Assembly (NCBI RefSeq): GCF_036971445.1
Contig: NC_091469.1
Location: forward strand, 294,810,001 to 294,874,000
Direction of reading: 5' to 3'
DNA length: 64,000 nucleotides
From: Narcine bancroftii
Taxonomy: Eukaryota
Part shown: positions 51,061 to 63,440 of the stretch, one piece after another
Position numbering within the stretch: position 1 is the first letter of the stretch
Layout of the letters: the number at the start of each line of letters is the position of its first letter
Translations under genes and position numbers: made by a program
Notes under the pieces: generated by a model
Told to the model about the DNA's origin: nothing
The model's input: the letters and a program-made list of their open reading frames with translations, nothing else
The model's database searches: none

Positions 51061-53639
51061 GGGAATAATTTCTGCTTAATTTGATTTTTTTTTTCCTCGC
51101 AGTGTGAATTTGAGCATTCTTGATTGGTTGTGATAGGTGAAATAAGCCCATTAAAAAATCCAGCACCAATGCATAAGAGATCTTCTGCCTTCTCTAAAGC
51201 AACAAGGGTAGAATATAACAATAGTTCATTTTCCCTTGCATTTTGAATAGTTGTTTACCTTTGATGTGACACTTGCAAGAGTATGACCTTGAAGTAGGTT
51301 TTTTTAAAAAAATGATTGTTTTATCTCATTTCTCCTGCCTCTGACTTGCTTTATTGGATTAATCAAATTCCCTTCACAGCTTGGATATTTCAGATGGAAA
51401 TGTGCCTTGGGCTCATTTGAATTTGTTATAAGCTTGAGGAGATCCAGTTACTCTTAAGTCATGGAGAATCTGTGTCATTTTCAAGGCACAGAGCAATGAG
51501 TTTCTGTAGAAAATGGCTGCAATGTAAATATCGCATCAAGGTGTAACAAGACTTGAGCAGACCTTTGAGGTTGGTTGTGCATGAGAAAGTATTGCCTGGA
51601 ATTTCATTCCCTATTCACTGCACCGGACAGGCTGGACAGTGGCACAGGCACATTGAACTCTGCCTCGATATTTTTTTCCATTGACATCAATTAAATTAAT
51701 TTTCCAAATACAAATGGATGCATGGCCACAAGTCGGCATTTAACTCAATGGAGAGTGAATGAATTTTAGGGATAAACACCTTTCTCCTGAAAAATGGCAC
51801 ACCATTTTTTATTTTTTTTTTGCAGAAAAAAATCCTTTCTTTGCTGTCTTTAGATTTTGGCTTGTGACAACAGTAGAACACCATGATACAAATTGAGCTA
51901 AATACCTTGGACCTCATTGCCCAAAAATAAGTGACTATAGTCTGTGCTAATATTGTGCTTTAAATACACAAGGACGATCGGATGACTCATCAGAAAAAAA
52001 TGAAAGGAAAGCCAAAAATTGAACTATTTGGAGAAGTGAAGCAAAAGTATTTAGGGTCATGGAAATGAGTTGAATGGTGCAAATCAGTCATGATCTTACT
52101 GGATATAGAATATGCCTGTGAGACTAAATGGTCTAATCCTGCTGTTGGATTTCACCATGTTTTTCTGGGAATCTTAAAGGAGAAAATATGTAGCTCCTTA
52201 GCAAAGGCATTGTGTATTCAAGACATGACATGGAGGTTTTCAGTTGCACCCCAAATGCTTCTTCTCTGTTTTGATTTATCATGAGCCAGATGTTCCCAAG
52301 GACACTGGGCACCTTTTTCTCTGTCCACCAGGTAACCTCCCTTGAATAGTGTGTCCGTTGGGCACGACCAGTGTTGCTGACTGAAAGTAACTATAGCCCC
52401 AGAGATGGGGATGCTGTCATTGATCCTTTCGCCTTGTCATGAATTTGGAGGAGCTTGTAGAGACGTCGATGGTGTTTATCCAATGCCTTGAGATTTGTGA
52501 GGCAGGTGGTCCAAGTGTCTGAAGCATATGGGTGGGCAAGAAGCACTGCTGCTTAGTAGACCATGAATGGAAGTCTATGACCCACCCGCTGTGTGGATCT
52601 TAAATGTGGAAGATGGAATAGGGCTATTTTTAATTGGAAGACATTATTTTTCAGAGAAATATGTAGCAAGAATCATCTCCAAACCACTTCCAAGAAGTTT
52701 GCAAACCTGAGATTATGGAGCATATAAGAAGAGGATTGAATACTGTCCCTGTTAACAAAAGCATAAGCTTTGCAAATGGTGCAACAGTCTGCACTGCATG
52801 TGTACAAAACAACAGCATCAATTAGAATTCTTCATGAAGGTGACCATTAGTTTGCAGTGCTCTCTCCTGCACGTTTTGTCTCTCCTGATGTTGACTTCAT
52901 CCTTCTGTGAGATGTTGTCACGACTTCACAAAGTGGAAATTGGATGAATTTGTTTGCTCCTATGTTTTGGCCAAGTCCATTGTCTCAGGAGTGCAATTTG
53001 TAAAGGCAAAGTCATGGAAGAGCCAGGTGCCGCCTATTTTAAACAAGGGACCTCTGTCGACAATGGCCACTTTCTGATGAATGGTGTGCAAAGTTGCTTT
53101 GAAGGTGAAGTGAGTGTATGGAACAGGAGTAAGTCTGCTCCACCCTTGAATAAAATCAGAGCTGACCTAGTCTTCATCTCAGCCCTACTTCTCTGCCCTC
53201 ATCCCCATAACTCAATTTTAGATCAAATGCCTTGAATATATGGGTAAAGTCAACTGAAGAACTATGATCTCCTCATGTCAATCTCAAATGTGCAAGCCCT
53301 CATTTTGAAACTGCATCCCCAAATTCTAGATAGTTCCATGGGGGAGGGGGGGTGGGGTTGGGAGCATTCATTTTGTCAAGTCCTTTCTTAATCTTAAATG
53401 TGGAAATTAAATTATCCTTCATTCTTCCAATCCCCACTGATTGTGGACCTAAATCTCTTCAAAACTCAATACTTCATTTCAGGAATCAACCAGTGAACCT
53501 TTGCTGCACCGTCTCCAGTCCATTAAAAGCCATAACCAGAAGTGCAGGCCATACTCGCAGCACTTGGCAAAGTTCCATGAAAACTTCCCTGTTTTTGTTC
53601 TCCATATCCATGCGTTAAAGACCAAAATCCCATCTTAGA

Positions 53640-54330
53640 CAACTGTGAGCAGTGTAGAGAGATCTGAGAGCTATTTGGGACCGTGTCCATTGGACACTCA
53701 AAGCTGCTGCACATGTTGATAGTGTAGTTCAGAAGGCATATGGCATATTGGCCTTCATTAACCATGGGTTCAAGTTCAGGTATATCAGACCTTGGTAAGA
53801 ACCAACTTGAATATTGTGTTCATTTCGGGTCATCTCACAGGAAGGATGTGGATGCAGAAGAGAGGGTGCAGAGGAGATTTACAAGGCTGTTGCCTGGATT
53901 GGAGAGGATGCCTTATGAGGATAGATGGGGTGGATTTAGTCTTTTTCCCTTGGAGTGACAGAAGATGATGCGTGACCTGATCGAGGTGTACAAGATGATG
54001 AGAAGTACTGGCCAGAGACTTTCTCCCATAGCTAGAATGGCTAACATGAGGAGGTATAGTTTTCAAGTGCTTAGGAGTAAGTACGGGGGAGGGAGGGGGG
54101 ATGTAAGAGGAATGTTTTTCTCATAGAGAGTGGTGGGTGCATGCAGTGCTCTGCTCTCAACTGTGGTGGAGGCTGGTACAATAAGATCTTTAAGAAACCA
54201 TTGGATAGGCACATGATACTGAGAAAAATTGAAAGTTATACAGAATCAAGGCTGTTGTTAGAGTAGGTTATTAGGTTGGCACAACACTATGGGCAGAAGG
54301 GCTTGTACTGTGCTGTAGATTTCTATGTTC
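53640..54330 (+). mobile_element. CR1 LINE 3' fragment
   Basis: LEYCVHFGSSHRKDVDAEERVQRRFTRLLPGLE; CR1-type 3' end GGGCTTGTACTGTGCTGTAG. Confidence 0.82.
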
Positions 54331-54580
54331 CCTTTAATTGGTACATCTGCATACCCATTGCCTGCGTTTCACGCACAAGTGCTCCCTGATTCTTTAGCAC
54401 CAAACTTGTACTGCTATTAGCATAGCAGTTAGCGCAATGATATTACGGCAGCTGCAGCCTGGGTTGCTGGTAATAAGTTCAAAACTGACAGATAACTGAC
54501 GTAGGCTGAGAATTTGAGCACAAGTTAGGAAATAATTTGGCGATTTCAATGTTTCTCTTGCTAGTTCTATTATAAAGAAC

Positions 54581-54876
54581 TGTAGTGGCAGCTACAGTGC
54601 TCCTGAAAGAACACACAACCAGCTGAGTTAAGCTCAGTGAGCAGAACTGATTTATTGCAGGCTGCTGCGCTGGACTTATACTCTCAGCCCGGACCTGGCT
54701 GAGAACCGCGCTGGGGGACTCTGACGTCACCCGGGCGTCACGTGGTCCCCCAGCGTGGGCTTCTGAGCCCTGTGCTGAGAAGGGGGAATTCCCCCGACGG
54801 CGCCATTTTGGCCGGCTGCCCCGCCACGTGGATTACAAGCGGGGCCGGTTCGCCTGCCTAGTGGTGTGCTGTCACA
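54581..54876 (-). repeat. 3' LTR of Gypsy element (296 bp)
   Basis: Direct-repeat partner of 58294-58560; preceded on the minus strand by purine tract TCTGGGGGAGCTG (PPT, ~54877-54889). Confidence 0.92.
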
Positions 54877-54959
54877 CAGCTCCCCCAGAACTGGTGCCAA
54901 TGTCCTTTTTAGCTGGGCAGCCTCACTTCTTGGGCTGGGCCACAATCACTGGTTCAGTG

Positions 54960-57914
54960 GGGTCAAGGTACGTTGGCTTCAGCCTGTCCACAGTAAATAG
55001 TTCCCGCCTGCCGCCAATGTCCAGCATGAACATAGACCCTGAACGCTGGGCAACCTTGTACAGCTCCTCGTAAGGTCTCTGCAGTGGTGCCGCGGGTGGG
55101 CCCCACCGAATAAAAACTTACTCTGCGGAAAGCAGCTCACTGGGGACGTGAGATGGCCGTGTGCCATGTCTGGGTGGGGGTGGGAAGGAGTCCAAGCGGG
55201 CCCGGAGGTGGGGAAGCAGCTCTTGCGACAACCGCTGGGGGTTGTGAGGCACGTTGATGAACTCACCAGGAAGTGCCACCAGAGCACTGTAGACCAGCTC
55301 AGCTGATGATGCCTGCAGATCCTCCTTGGGCGTGGAGCAGATGCCCAGGAGCACCCAAGGCAGTTCATCCACCCAGTCGGTACCGGTGAGGCGGGCCATA
55401 AATGCCGACTTAAGGTGGCGGTGCAGACAATCGACCAGCCCATTGGCCTGCGGGTAATAGGCTGTGGTGTGGTGTAGCTCGATCCCCAACCCGTTGGCGA
55501 GCTGTGACCAGAGCACAGAGGTGAACTGGGTGCCACGATCGCTGGTGAGGTGATTCGGAACGCCAAACCGGGTGACCCAACCATGCAACAGTGCTCGAGA
55601 GCAGGAGTCCATGGAGGCGTCCAGCATCGGGATCGCCTCGGGCCAACGAGTGGTGCAGTCCACCACCGTGAACAGGTAACGGTTGCCCCGGGAAATGGGT
55701 AAGGGCCCAACTATGTCCATGTGAATATGACTGAACCGTTCCCAGACGTGCTCCTACTTGCACGGGCGCTCTGGTGTGCCTGTGTACCTTGGACATTTGG
55801 CAATGGGTGCTTGTTCTGGCCAAGCCTGCAATCTCCTTCCATCAGACGAACCCCTCTGCCACCATCCGGACCGTGGACCTGATGGATGGGTGCGAAAGGT
55901 CGTGGATGTGAGGGAAGACTTGCTTGCGCCACTGCTGGGGAACTACTGGCCACAGGGTGCCCATGGAGACATCGCACAGGATGGTGCTTCTGCCGCTTGG
56001 AGTCGGGAGGTCTCAGAACTGCAGGCCCATGATGGCAGTCCTGAAGGCTCGCGTCTCCTCGTCGGACTTCTGGTCCCGGGTGAGCTGGTCAAAGTCTAGG
56101 CCGGGCGTCAGTGCGCAGATGGTCGGTCGCGAGAGTGCATCGGTGACCATGTTGTCCTTCCCTGCCTTGTGCCGAATGTCAGTGGTAAACTCCGACATGA
56201 AGGAGAGGTGACGCTGCTGGCGGGCCGACCAAGGGTCCTTTGCCATTGCGAGTGCCAAGGTGAGGGGTTTGTAGTCAGTGAAGATGGTAAAAGTCCTCCC
56301 CGCCAAGAAATAGTTGAAATGCCGCACCACCAGGTACATGCCCAGTAACTAATGGTCAAAAGTGCTATACCTGCGCTCTGGTGGGCAGAGAAGCCGGCTG
56401 AATAATGCCAGCTGCTTCCATTGTCCGTTCACCTGCTGCTCCAGGATGGCACCGACGGCTGTGGCAGAGACATCAATGGAGAGCGCCATATGCAGGTTAG
56501 TGTGCAGGTGGGTGAGTATGGTCATCTTCATGAGCGTGTCCTTGGTGGCCTCGAATGCACTGCAGGCCTCTGGGGTCCAAATGAATGATTTGTGCTTGGC
56601 TGCGATGAGGGCGAATAGCAGCAGCATGATGCGCGCAGCTCCCGGGTTGAATCGGTTGTGGAAATTGACCATACCTGCAAACTCCTGCAGCCCCTTGAGA
56701 TTATCCGGATGTGGGAACTCCTTGATAGCGGCGACCTTCGTAGCATCAGGCGTGGCTCCCTCGGCCGTGATGGTATGCCCAGGAACTGCATGGACACTTT
56801 CCCAAACTGGCACTCGGCTGGGTTGATGGTGAGGCAGAAGTTGGCCAGCCGGGAGAAGAGGGTGCGCAGGTGGGCCTTGTGTTTCCCCCGATCCCTGCTG
56901 GCAACGAGGATGTCGTCTCAGTAAATGAAGATGAAATCCAGATCCCTGCCCACTAAGTCTGAGGCGTTGGAAGGTCTGAGCAGCATTCTTTAGCCCGAAC
57001 AGCATGCAAAGGAATTCAAACAAGCCGAAGGGAGTGATGATGGCCATCTTGGGTATGTCCTCAGGGTGTACCCGGATTTGGTGATACCTGCGCACCAGGT
57101 CAACCTTGGAGAAAACCCTGACACCATGCAGGTTGCCCGTTAAGTACTGGATGTGATGGATGGGGTAACGGTCAGGAACTGTCGCCTCGTTGAGTTGTCG
57201 ATAGTTTCCGCAGGGGCGCCAGCCGGCGGAGGCTTTTGGGACCAGGTGGAGCGGCGAGGTCCACGGGCTGTCAGACTGCCGAATGATCCCCAGCTCCAAC
57301 AGATGCGAAAACTCCTCCTTTGCCACCTGGAGCTTGTCAGGCGGGAACCGGCATGCCTTGGCGTGAACCGGTGGGCCCTGGGTGGGGATGTGGTGGAACA
57401 CCCCATGGCGTGGCGAGGCAGCGGAGAACTGTGGCTTGAGGAGGGTTAGAATCTCGACCAGGATTCGCTGGAACTCATCTCTGGGCGTGCTGATTGTGGC
57501 CATCTGTGGCTGCTATGTGCGGGAGGCATCAAGGTGAACGGCCTGGAAAGTATGGGCGTCCACCAGGTGCCTACCCCGAATGTCCACAAGAAGCCCGTGG
57601 GTGAGGAGGAAGTTGGCACTCAGGATGACGGTTGGAAGGGACGAGATGGTGAGCCTCCACGAGAACTTTCGTCGGCCAATCTGGAAGTGGACTGTCTTGT
57701 CTCCATACGTCCGGATCTCTGTTGCGTTGCCCACACGGAGGGGAGGTCCTTGAGGTCGGTTCCTGGACTTGATGGCCGTGGCCGGGATGACGCTGATCTG
57801 GGCCCCAGTGTCGATGAGGAACCGCTGGCCGCTGACTGAGTCCCGCAGGTAGAGGAGGTTGTGTCCTTGGCCAGCTGCCACAGCCATTAACAGCGGCCGG
57901 TCAGCTCGTTTCCC
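54960..57914 (-). pseudogene. Gypsy pol (PR-RT-RH-IN), disrupted by frameshifts and stops
   Basis: ORF pieces 57513-58022 (PR), 56349-57503 (RT/RH), 56013-56339 and 55118-55720 (IN). The RT catalytic motif reads FIY*DDILVA (TGA at 56918-56920); the IN NGLVE motif reads NGLVD. Confidence 0.9.
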
Positions 57915-58277
57915 TGGAACGAGCAGGGCTGATGACACTTCCGGGCTTTGGCTCCCCAGCACCGGTGGTAGCACCCGAGCAGCACGCTGGCACCTGAATA
58001 GTCCGACGGATCCGGTGAGCACTCGCTTAATGGTCTCTATTTGTCTTCAGCTGGTGGGTGCTGAACGAGGTGCCGCACGCGTTTGGCGGTGGCCTGGTCT
58101 AAGGCAGCGACCACATGGTAGAATTTAGTCATGTCGGATGAAATCTGGCGGAGGTGAAACTAAGCCTCCGCGTGGCTGAACCAGGTCTCCAGCTCCTGAA
58201 CCCAGAATTCAGGCAGCTTGACGGCTATAGCACTGATCCCAAGTTCGCTCATGATGGGTTCAAAGACGTTTGAACCA

Positions 58278-58291
58278 GTCGGGGGTCACCA
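58278..58291 (-). promoter_or_regulatory. Primer-binding site, tRNA-Trp-like
   Basis: Minus strand TGGTGACCCCCGAC 2 nt from the 5' LTR; complementary (one extra C) to the tRNA-Trp 3' end ...GUCGGGGUCACCA. Confidence 0.8.
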
Positions 58292-58293
58292 AT

Positions 58294-58560
58294 TGTAGCA
58301 GCAGCTACACTGCTAATGAAGGAACACACAACCAGATGGGTTGAGCTCAGTGAGAAGAGCTGGTTTATTGCAGACTGCTGGGCTGGACTTGTACTCCCAG
58401 CCCAGACCTGGCTGAGAACTGCACTAGGAGGCGCTGACATCACCCGGGCATCACGTGGTCCCCCAGTGTGGGCTTCTGAGCCCTGTGCTGAGAAGAAGGG
58501 AAAACCCCCGACAGCACCATTTTGGCTGGCTGCCCCACCGCCTAGTGGTGTGGTGCCACA
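58294..58560 (-). repeat. 5' LTR of Gypsy element (267 bp)
   Basis: Aligns with 54581-54876 apart from a ~29-bp deletion; followed on the minus strand by the PBS; AATAAA on the minus strand (TTTATT on +). Confidence 0.92.
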
Positions 58561-58689
58561 GAACCATCTTTTTTCAACCATCTATCTTAGATTCAAGTTT
58601 CAAGGAGTGGGTTAGATTGGGTATAAAAGTTTTAGGGATCTGTACATTTGAGGTAATTTTGCTTCATTTGAACAACTAACAGTTGAATT

Positions 58690-59460
58690 CAACCTTCCTA
58701 ACATGCATTTTTTTTAGATACCTTCAAATTAGGCATTTTGCTCAGTCTAAACTTTCTAAATTTTCTCAGATTCCTGAAACCAGTATCCTTGATTTCCATT
58801 TTGTTATAAACATTTTCTCATGGTGGATCGATAGCAATTATTTATGATAAATTGATGGATCTAAGAACATGTTCAGGGAGAGGAATTAAGAATGAATAAG
58901 AACAGGATTTGTATAGATCAATTCTAGATGAAGACTGGGATACCTCGCTTGATCTGATTAATAATACTTCATTCTGTGCACAACATTGTTTAATACAATT
59001 TAAAGTGGTAAATAGAATACATATGTCCAAAGTTAAATGATCTTGTTTTTATTCTGTTGTTAATCCACTCTGTGATAAATGTAAAATCTTTTGAGGTTAT
59101 TCTGATTTGTATGTTTGGGAATGTCCAAAACTATAAAAATTTTGGGGACAATTCTTCCAAACTTCATCAGAGATTCGAAGGATTAAATTGGAACTGAGCT
59201 CTTTTATTGTTTTGCTTGGTTATTCTTTAGAGAAAAAATATTTCCATGAATTTAATTTTAAAAAGAATAGTAGCTTTTACTTCATTAATAGTCAGACGAA
59301 CAATTCTGATGAAATGGAAAGATAGTTTAGCACCAATTCATGTGCAATGGGTGCAGGATATTATGTCTTGCTTGAGCTTGGAGAAAAGGAGATATAACAT
59401 TAAAGAGATCAAGATTGAATTTGACAAGATTTGGGGGCCCATTTATGGACTATTAGAATT
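58690..59460 (+). mobile_element. L1-clade LINE ORF2 C-terminal remnant
   Basis: CDKC...WECPKL..FW zinc-knuckle remnant (~59071-59147) and RRTILMKWKDSLAP..QWVQDIMSCLSLEK, typical of fish-type L1 C-termini. Confidence 0.72.
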
Positions 59461-59973
59461 TGAATACAGAGGTGGATATGCTCTGGGGGTTTCCTGGTCG
59501 ATGCCCGGGAGCTGAGACTCGATTCTTTACATATTATTTGCTGGTGAACATGATTAGTGGGAGGGGTAGGATTAGAATGTTTTTTCTTCCTTATTTTATT
59601 TTTATTTTCCATTATAAGTAGAGGAGATCAGTTCAATTAGAAAACCAACAATGAATATGCTGTAATATTAGAATATGAGGTGAAGTTTTTATAAGGGAAT
59701 TTTTACTTTATTCAAGTATTGTGTATAAGACAATGTATAAATGACTTAGAATTCATATTCTGCATTGCATTGTATAAAAGTTACATTGCAACATGTAGAC
59801 AATATATATAACATAATATTTCTCTCTATCAAATCAATAAAAATATTTTAAAAAGATAAAAAGTTTGTACATTCTCCCCATGTCTGTGTGAGTTTTTCCC
59901 AGGTGCTCCGGTTTCCTCCCACCCTCCAAAACTTGTGGAGTTGTAGGTTAATTTGGGTGTAATTTGGGTGTAA

Positions 59974-60073
59974 TGTCCCGCATCGGACTTGTCAGCCACA
60001 AACGAACCTGCAGCTGACGTGGACTTTTTACCCCCTCCATAAATCTTCGTCCGCGAAGCCAAGCCAAAGAAGA
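59974..60073 (+). mobile_element. RTE LINE extreme 3' fragment (~100 bp) inside a SINE
   Basis: Near-identical to 14766-14865, including the AAGCCAAGCCAAAGAAGA tail. Confidence 0.88.
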
Positions 60074-60824
60074 ATTGGGTGGTGTACATTTAAATGGCTG
60101 GAATCAGCTTTAGCTGCACTGCAAGTAAAATGTGAAAATTTTATTTGCTTTGCCATTCTTTCTGCTGATATCGATAACCCCACATTATATTGCCACCTTA
60201 CCCACTCAATTAACCTATCTATGTCCCTTCACAGGCTTGTTGTGTCATCCGACGATCTTGCAAACCCAGTTATTTTCATTGCTGAATTTCTGATGAGACG
60301 TCCTTGTACTTGGTCTGTTCATCAAAGTCATTGTGCAGAGTTGAGGCTCCAACAGTGATTCCTGACACCCCTCTAGTTACTGATTCCAAGTTTTAAAAAA
60401 ATCAGGCTAATTTTTCTGTTCGTTAGTGAGGTAATTTTCTTTGCCAATGTATTCCCCCCCCCCCATCTTCCAATCAACACCCCCTGTGCACTTGTGTGTT
60501 CAGTGGTTGAAGAGATGTCAATCCCCAGAACGTAGTCCCATTTAACCTGGTGATGTGGTGAAGGATTTGTTCGCATTATTTTCTTCCCAACCTACCTCTG
60601 ATCTTAATGGCATTATCAAATTAAGATGTGAACTAAATTAGTTGGCTTTTCTGAAAGGAGGGAGGAACTACCTCCCAGATCAGAGTATCTGAATAGTTTG
60701 GGAATGACGTGCCACTTTCTGACAGAGATGGGAGCTGAGGAAAGAAACCATAGGGGGGGCAGGGAGGTTGGGGGGGTCATTGAACAGGAGGAGCAAAGTA
60801 TGCCAACCAATGAATGTGTTACCT

Positions 60825-61046
60825 CAGCCATTCTCAACCTTTATTTTGGCTATGCCCCCCCCCCCCCCAGTACTCTTCGCAAAGTTGATGGGCCCCCCTC
60901 CCTGTGAAGCAGTTAAGTTTTTGTTTCTTCTGTACTTCTCTCCAAACAACTACACAAAAAAAACATTAAAATATTTATGTCAGGTGAAGTGAAAAGAAAG
61001 CAAGGCCTTTTCTTCAATGTGCTAGGGCCCCCGTTGAGAATGGCTG
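60825..61046. mobile_element. hAT-like MITE, second family
   Basis: Perfect 14-bp TIR CAGCCATTCTCAAC / GTTGAGAATGGCTG; related partial inverted copy at ~27815-28010; no clear TSD. Confidence 0.75.
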
Positions 61047-63405
61047 GTCCAGGTTCCATCTCTGACTGCTGGTGTTGTGTGATGTTTTGCACATTCCACC
61101 ACTTGGATTTCCTCCCACACCCGAATGATCAGAATCAGAATTTATTGTCATGGGCAAGTCGCAAAATTCATTGTTTAGTGGCAGCGACACAGCGCAAAAC
61201 ACTGATGCCCTAGTTGATAGATTTACTGATGCCTGCAAAATGCTCCGAGTGCAGGGGTGAGTGGGAGGGTCTAGGGAGATTTGCTGGAAATACAGGGAGA
61301 ATAAAATATGATTTTGTATCAACAGGTACTTGATGTTCCGCGTGGACTTGATGGGCCAGTGAACCCATCTCGTTGCTGTCGGACAGACTCGCTGGGAGCA
61401 TTTTAAATATTGACATACTGCAGTCAGATTTTAAATACTCCAGGGAGAATGATATTCTATGAAATTGCCGGCCTACGCCTGGCCTGAGGAACAGCTTGAA
61501 ACACGTGCCTCTTTTGTTTCGTGATAGTTCTTAAAATTTTCAGGGCTTGAACGCATCTGTGCTTTAGTGAGCCATTTTCATCTCACTGCAACTGCCGCAG
61601 TATTACTCATTTCAGAGAGGCGACAGCCCAACTTTCCACAGCTGAGTGGAATATTCACTAAAATTTCAGCCATCAATGCAGTGTGCTTTGCACACAAGAT
61701 TGGGTCTAAACCTCCTGCACAGTCTGTGAGTGTTTAATCTCTACGCTTGGATAAACTCCATCAAAAGCACATTATCCTCCCACTCTTGTGACCAGCTGCC
61801 TAATTGTATCGGGTCCGAACACACACTGTCGAAGCATGATAGGAGTAAAGAGGGAGGAAGAAAAAGAGATAAATGAAATTGCGGGGATGATGGAAATGAT
61901 GATGATAATTATTAATGCTTTCACTGCGTTGAGCGCTGGCTGTCATTCCCTTTGCTGGCTTCTTGATATTAATGAGGCCTGCCTGTATGCCCATCTACTT
62001 CCCTCGGATCTACTTTGGCTCCTCATGTGCTGAATAGCTGACAGCTTCCAGCATTTTGTCTGACAGGGTGCAGGTTAAAAATGCTAATTAAGTGAGCAAC
62101 CCCCCACAGTTTGCCAACCCTCCTTTGCAAAGGAATACAGTTTGATTGCTTCGGGGATATTTTGGGTCAGCTCTCAACAGCTTGGACAATTTGATATTTG
62201 TTTCAGTCAGAAGTCCCACTACTTTAGAGCGCCATGTTGAAAGATTTTGCATTGACTACGTGCAGGTTAAATCAGCCACTGAGTTCAGGAGACTTGCATC
62301 TGTTAATGTCCGAATTTGCTGGCCGATTTGCACATTAATAAGGATGTGCCTGGTTAACACAGTTATTTCTCCAGCAAGATTTCTCCCATTGCCATGACTG
62401 AGGTGAATGAATTACTTGGCATATCTGCCGACAGAATCAGCAAGTATGAGGGAGCGTCAAAAGACAATAAATGATGAAGTGTTCTACCCATGCAACTGAT
62501 TCAAGAGCCGAGGGAAAACCTTGTCAAATGCTGCATCAATAATTAATCTATTAAAATAACTTCATTGATTTGCAAATTAATGAAAAAATGTCTTGTTTGT
62601 AATTGTCGTCTGCAGTGCTCCAATTGTCCGGACTGGTTGCATGGTAATTGCTCATTTCTTGATGGCGGGGAAGGTAAATAATGCTGTTTTCACTTTGCCA
62701 GAATGATTTGGATATAAAGGTCCGATTTGGGATGGGAGGACAGAGTGTGTCGAAGCCTGGAAACATTGGAAAGCAATGAACGTAGCTCCATCGTTAGAAT
62801 TGCTGACATGATAAAGATGATCGACATTACTTAGAGTGTGTACAGTGGATTATTGATTACAGTGAAAAAAGTGACAAGTTCATCCAGACAACTGTTCCTA
62901 AAAGTCTCAGAGGTCCCCGTAAACACCACGTGATTTAGCTTGGCTATTATTAGGTTTGCTTATTTTCCCCCAAGAGAGCATGGCCCTCCAGGAGTATTCA
63001 GGCATGATGCACTGGACCTAAGTGGATTCTGCTCAGCGGGCAAGCTGGTCTTTTCCCACCCTCCACCTCTCCTTTTGCAACAGGATGTGGTTATCTTAAG
63101 ACTGTGTGAATTCTGCCAGGCATTTCACTCCTTCAAAAGCAGGTACAACTAAAAATCAGAAGAAATGAGAACAGACTAGTTTGTTCAAATTCTCTCCATC
63201 TGAAAGCCCTGCAAATAGGAGTCTCAAATGCCAGTTTAAATGATAATGGCCTCTTGAGAATTCCACGTGATTTTGGTAAGGAAATTGTCATACCAAGCTG
63301 ATACCCTTTCTAAGACGCATAATGTCCAGTCACACATTATGCTTGGGTGGCCATTCTATATATATTCAGTATGTTTGCATTTGTTGTTTTTGCAATACCT
63401 TTTGA

Positions 63406-63408
<3 letters not shown>

Positions 63409-63436
<28 letters not shown>
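63409..63436. repeat. (AT)14 microsatellite abutting the RTE 5' junction
   Basis: Seen directly. Confidence 0.95.

Positions 63437-63440
<4 letters not shown>

Larger units (their letters stand above)
54581..58560 (-). mobile_element. Ty3/Gypsy LTR retrotransposon, both LTRs present, internally decayed
   Basis: LTRs 54581-54876 and 58294-58560, both TG...CA; 4-bp TSD GAAC at 54577-54580 and 58561-58564; minus-strand order gag remnant, PR (FLIDTGAQISVIP), RT, RNase H ([13 protein letters not shown]), IN (DIVGPLP..SDRG), i.e. Gypsy order. Confidence 0.96.

Noticed and set aside
54581-58560. Domesticated Gypsy gene or endogenous retrovirus
   Set aside because: Stop in the YxDD motif, multiple frameshifts, deleted gag, no env.
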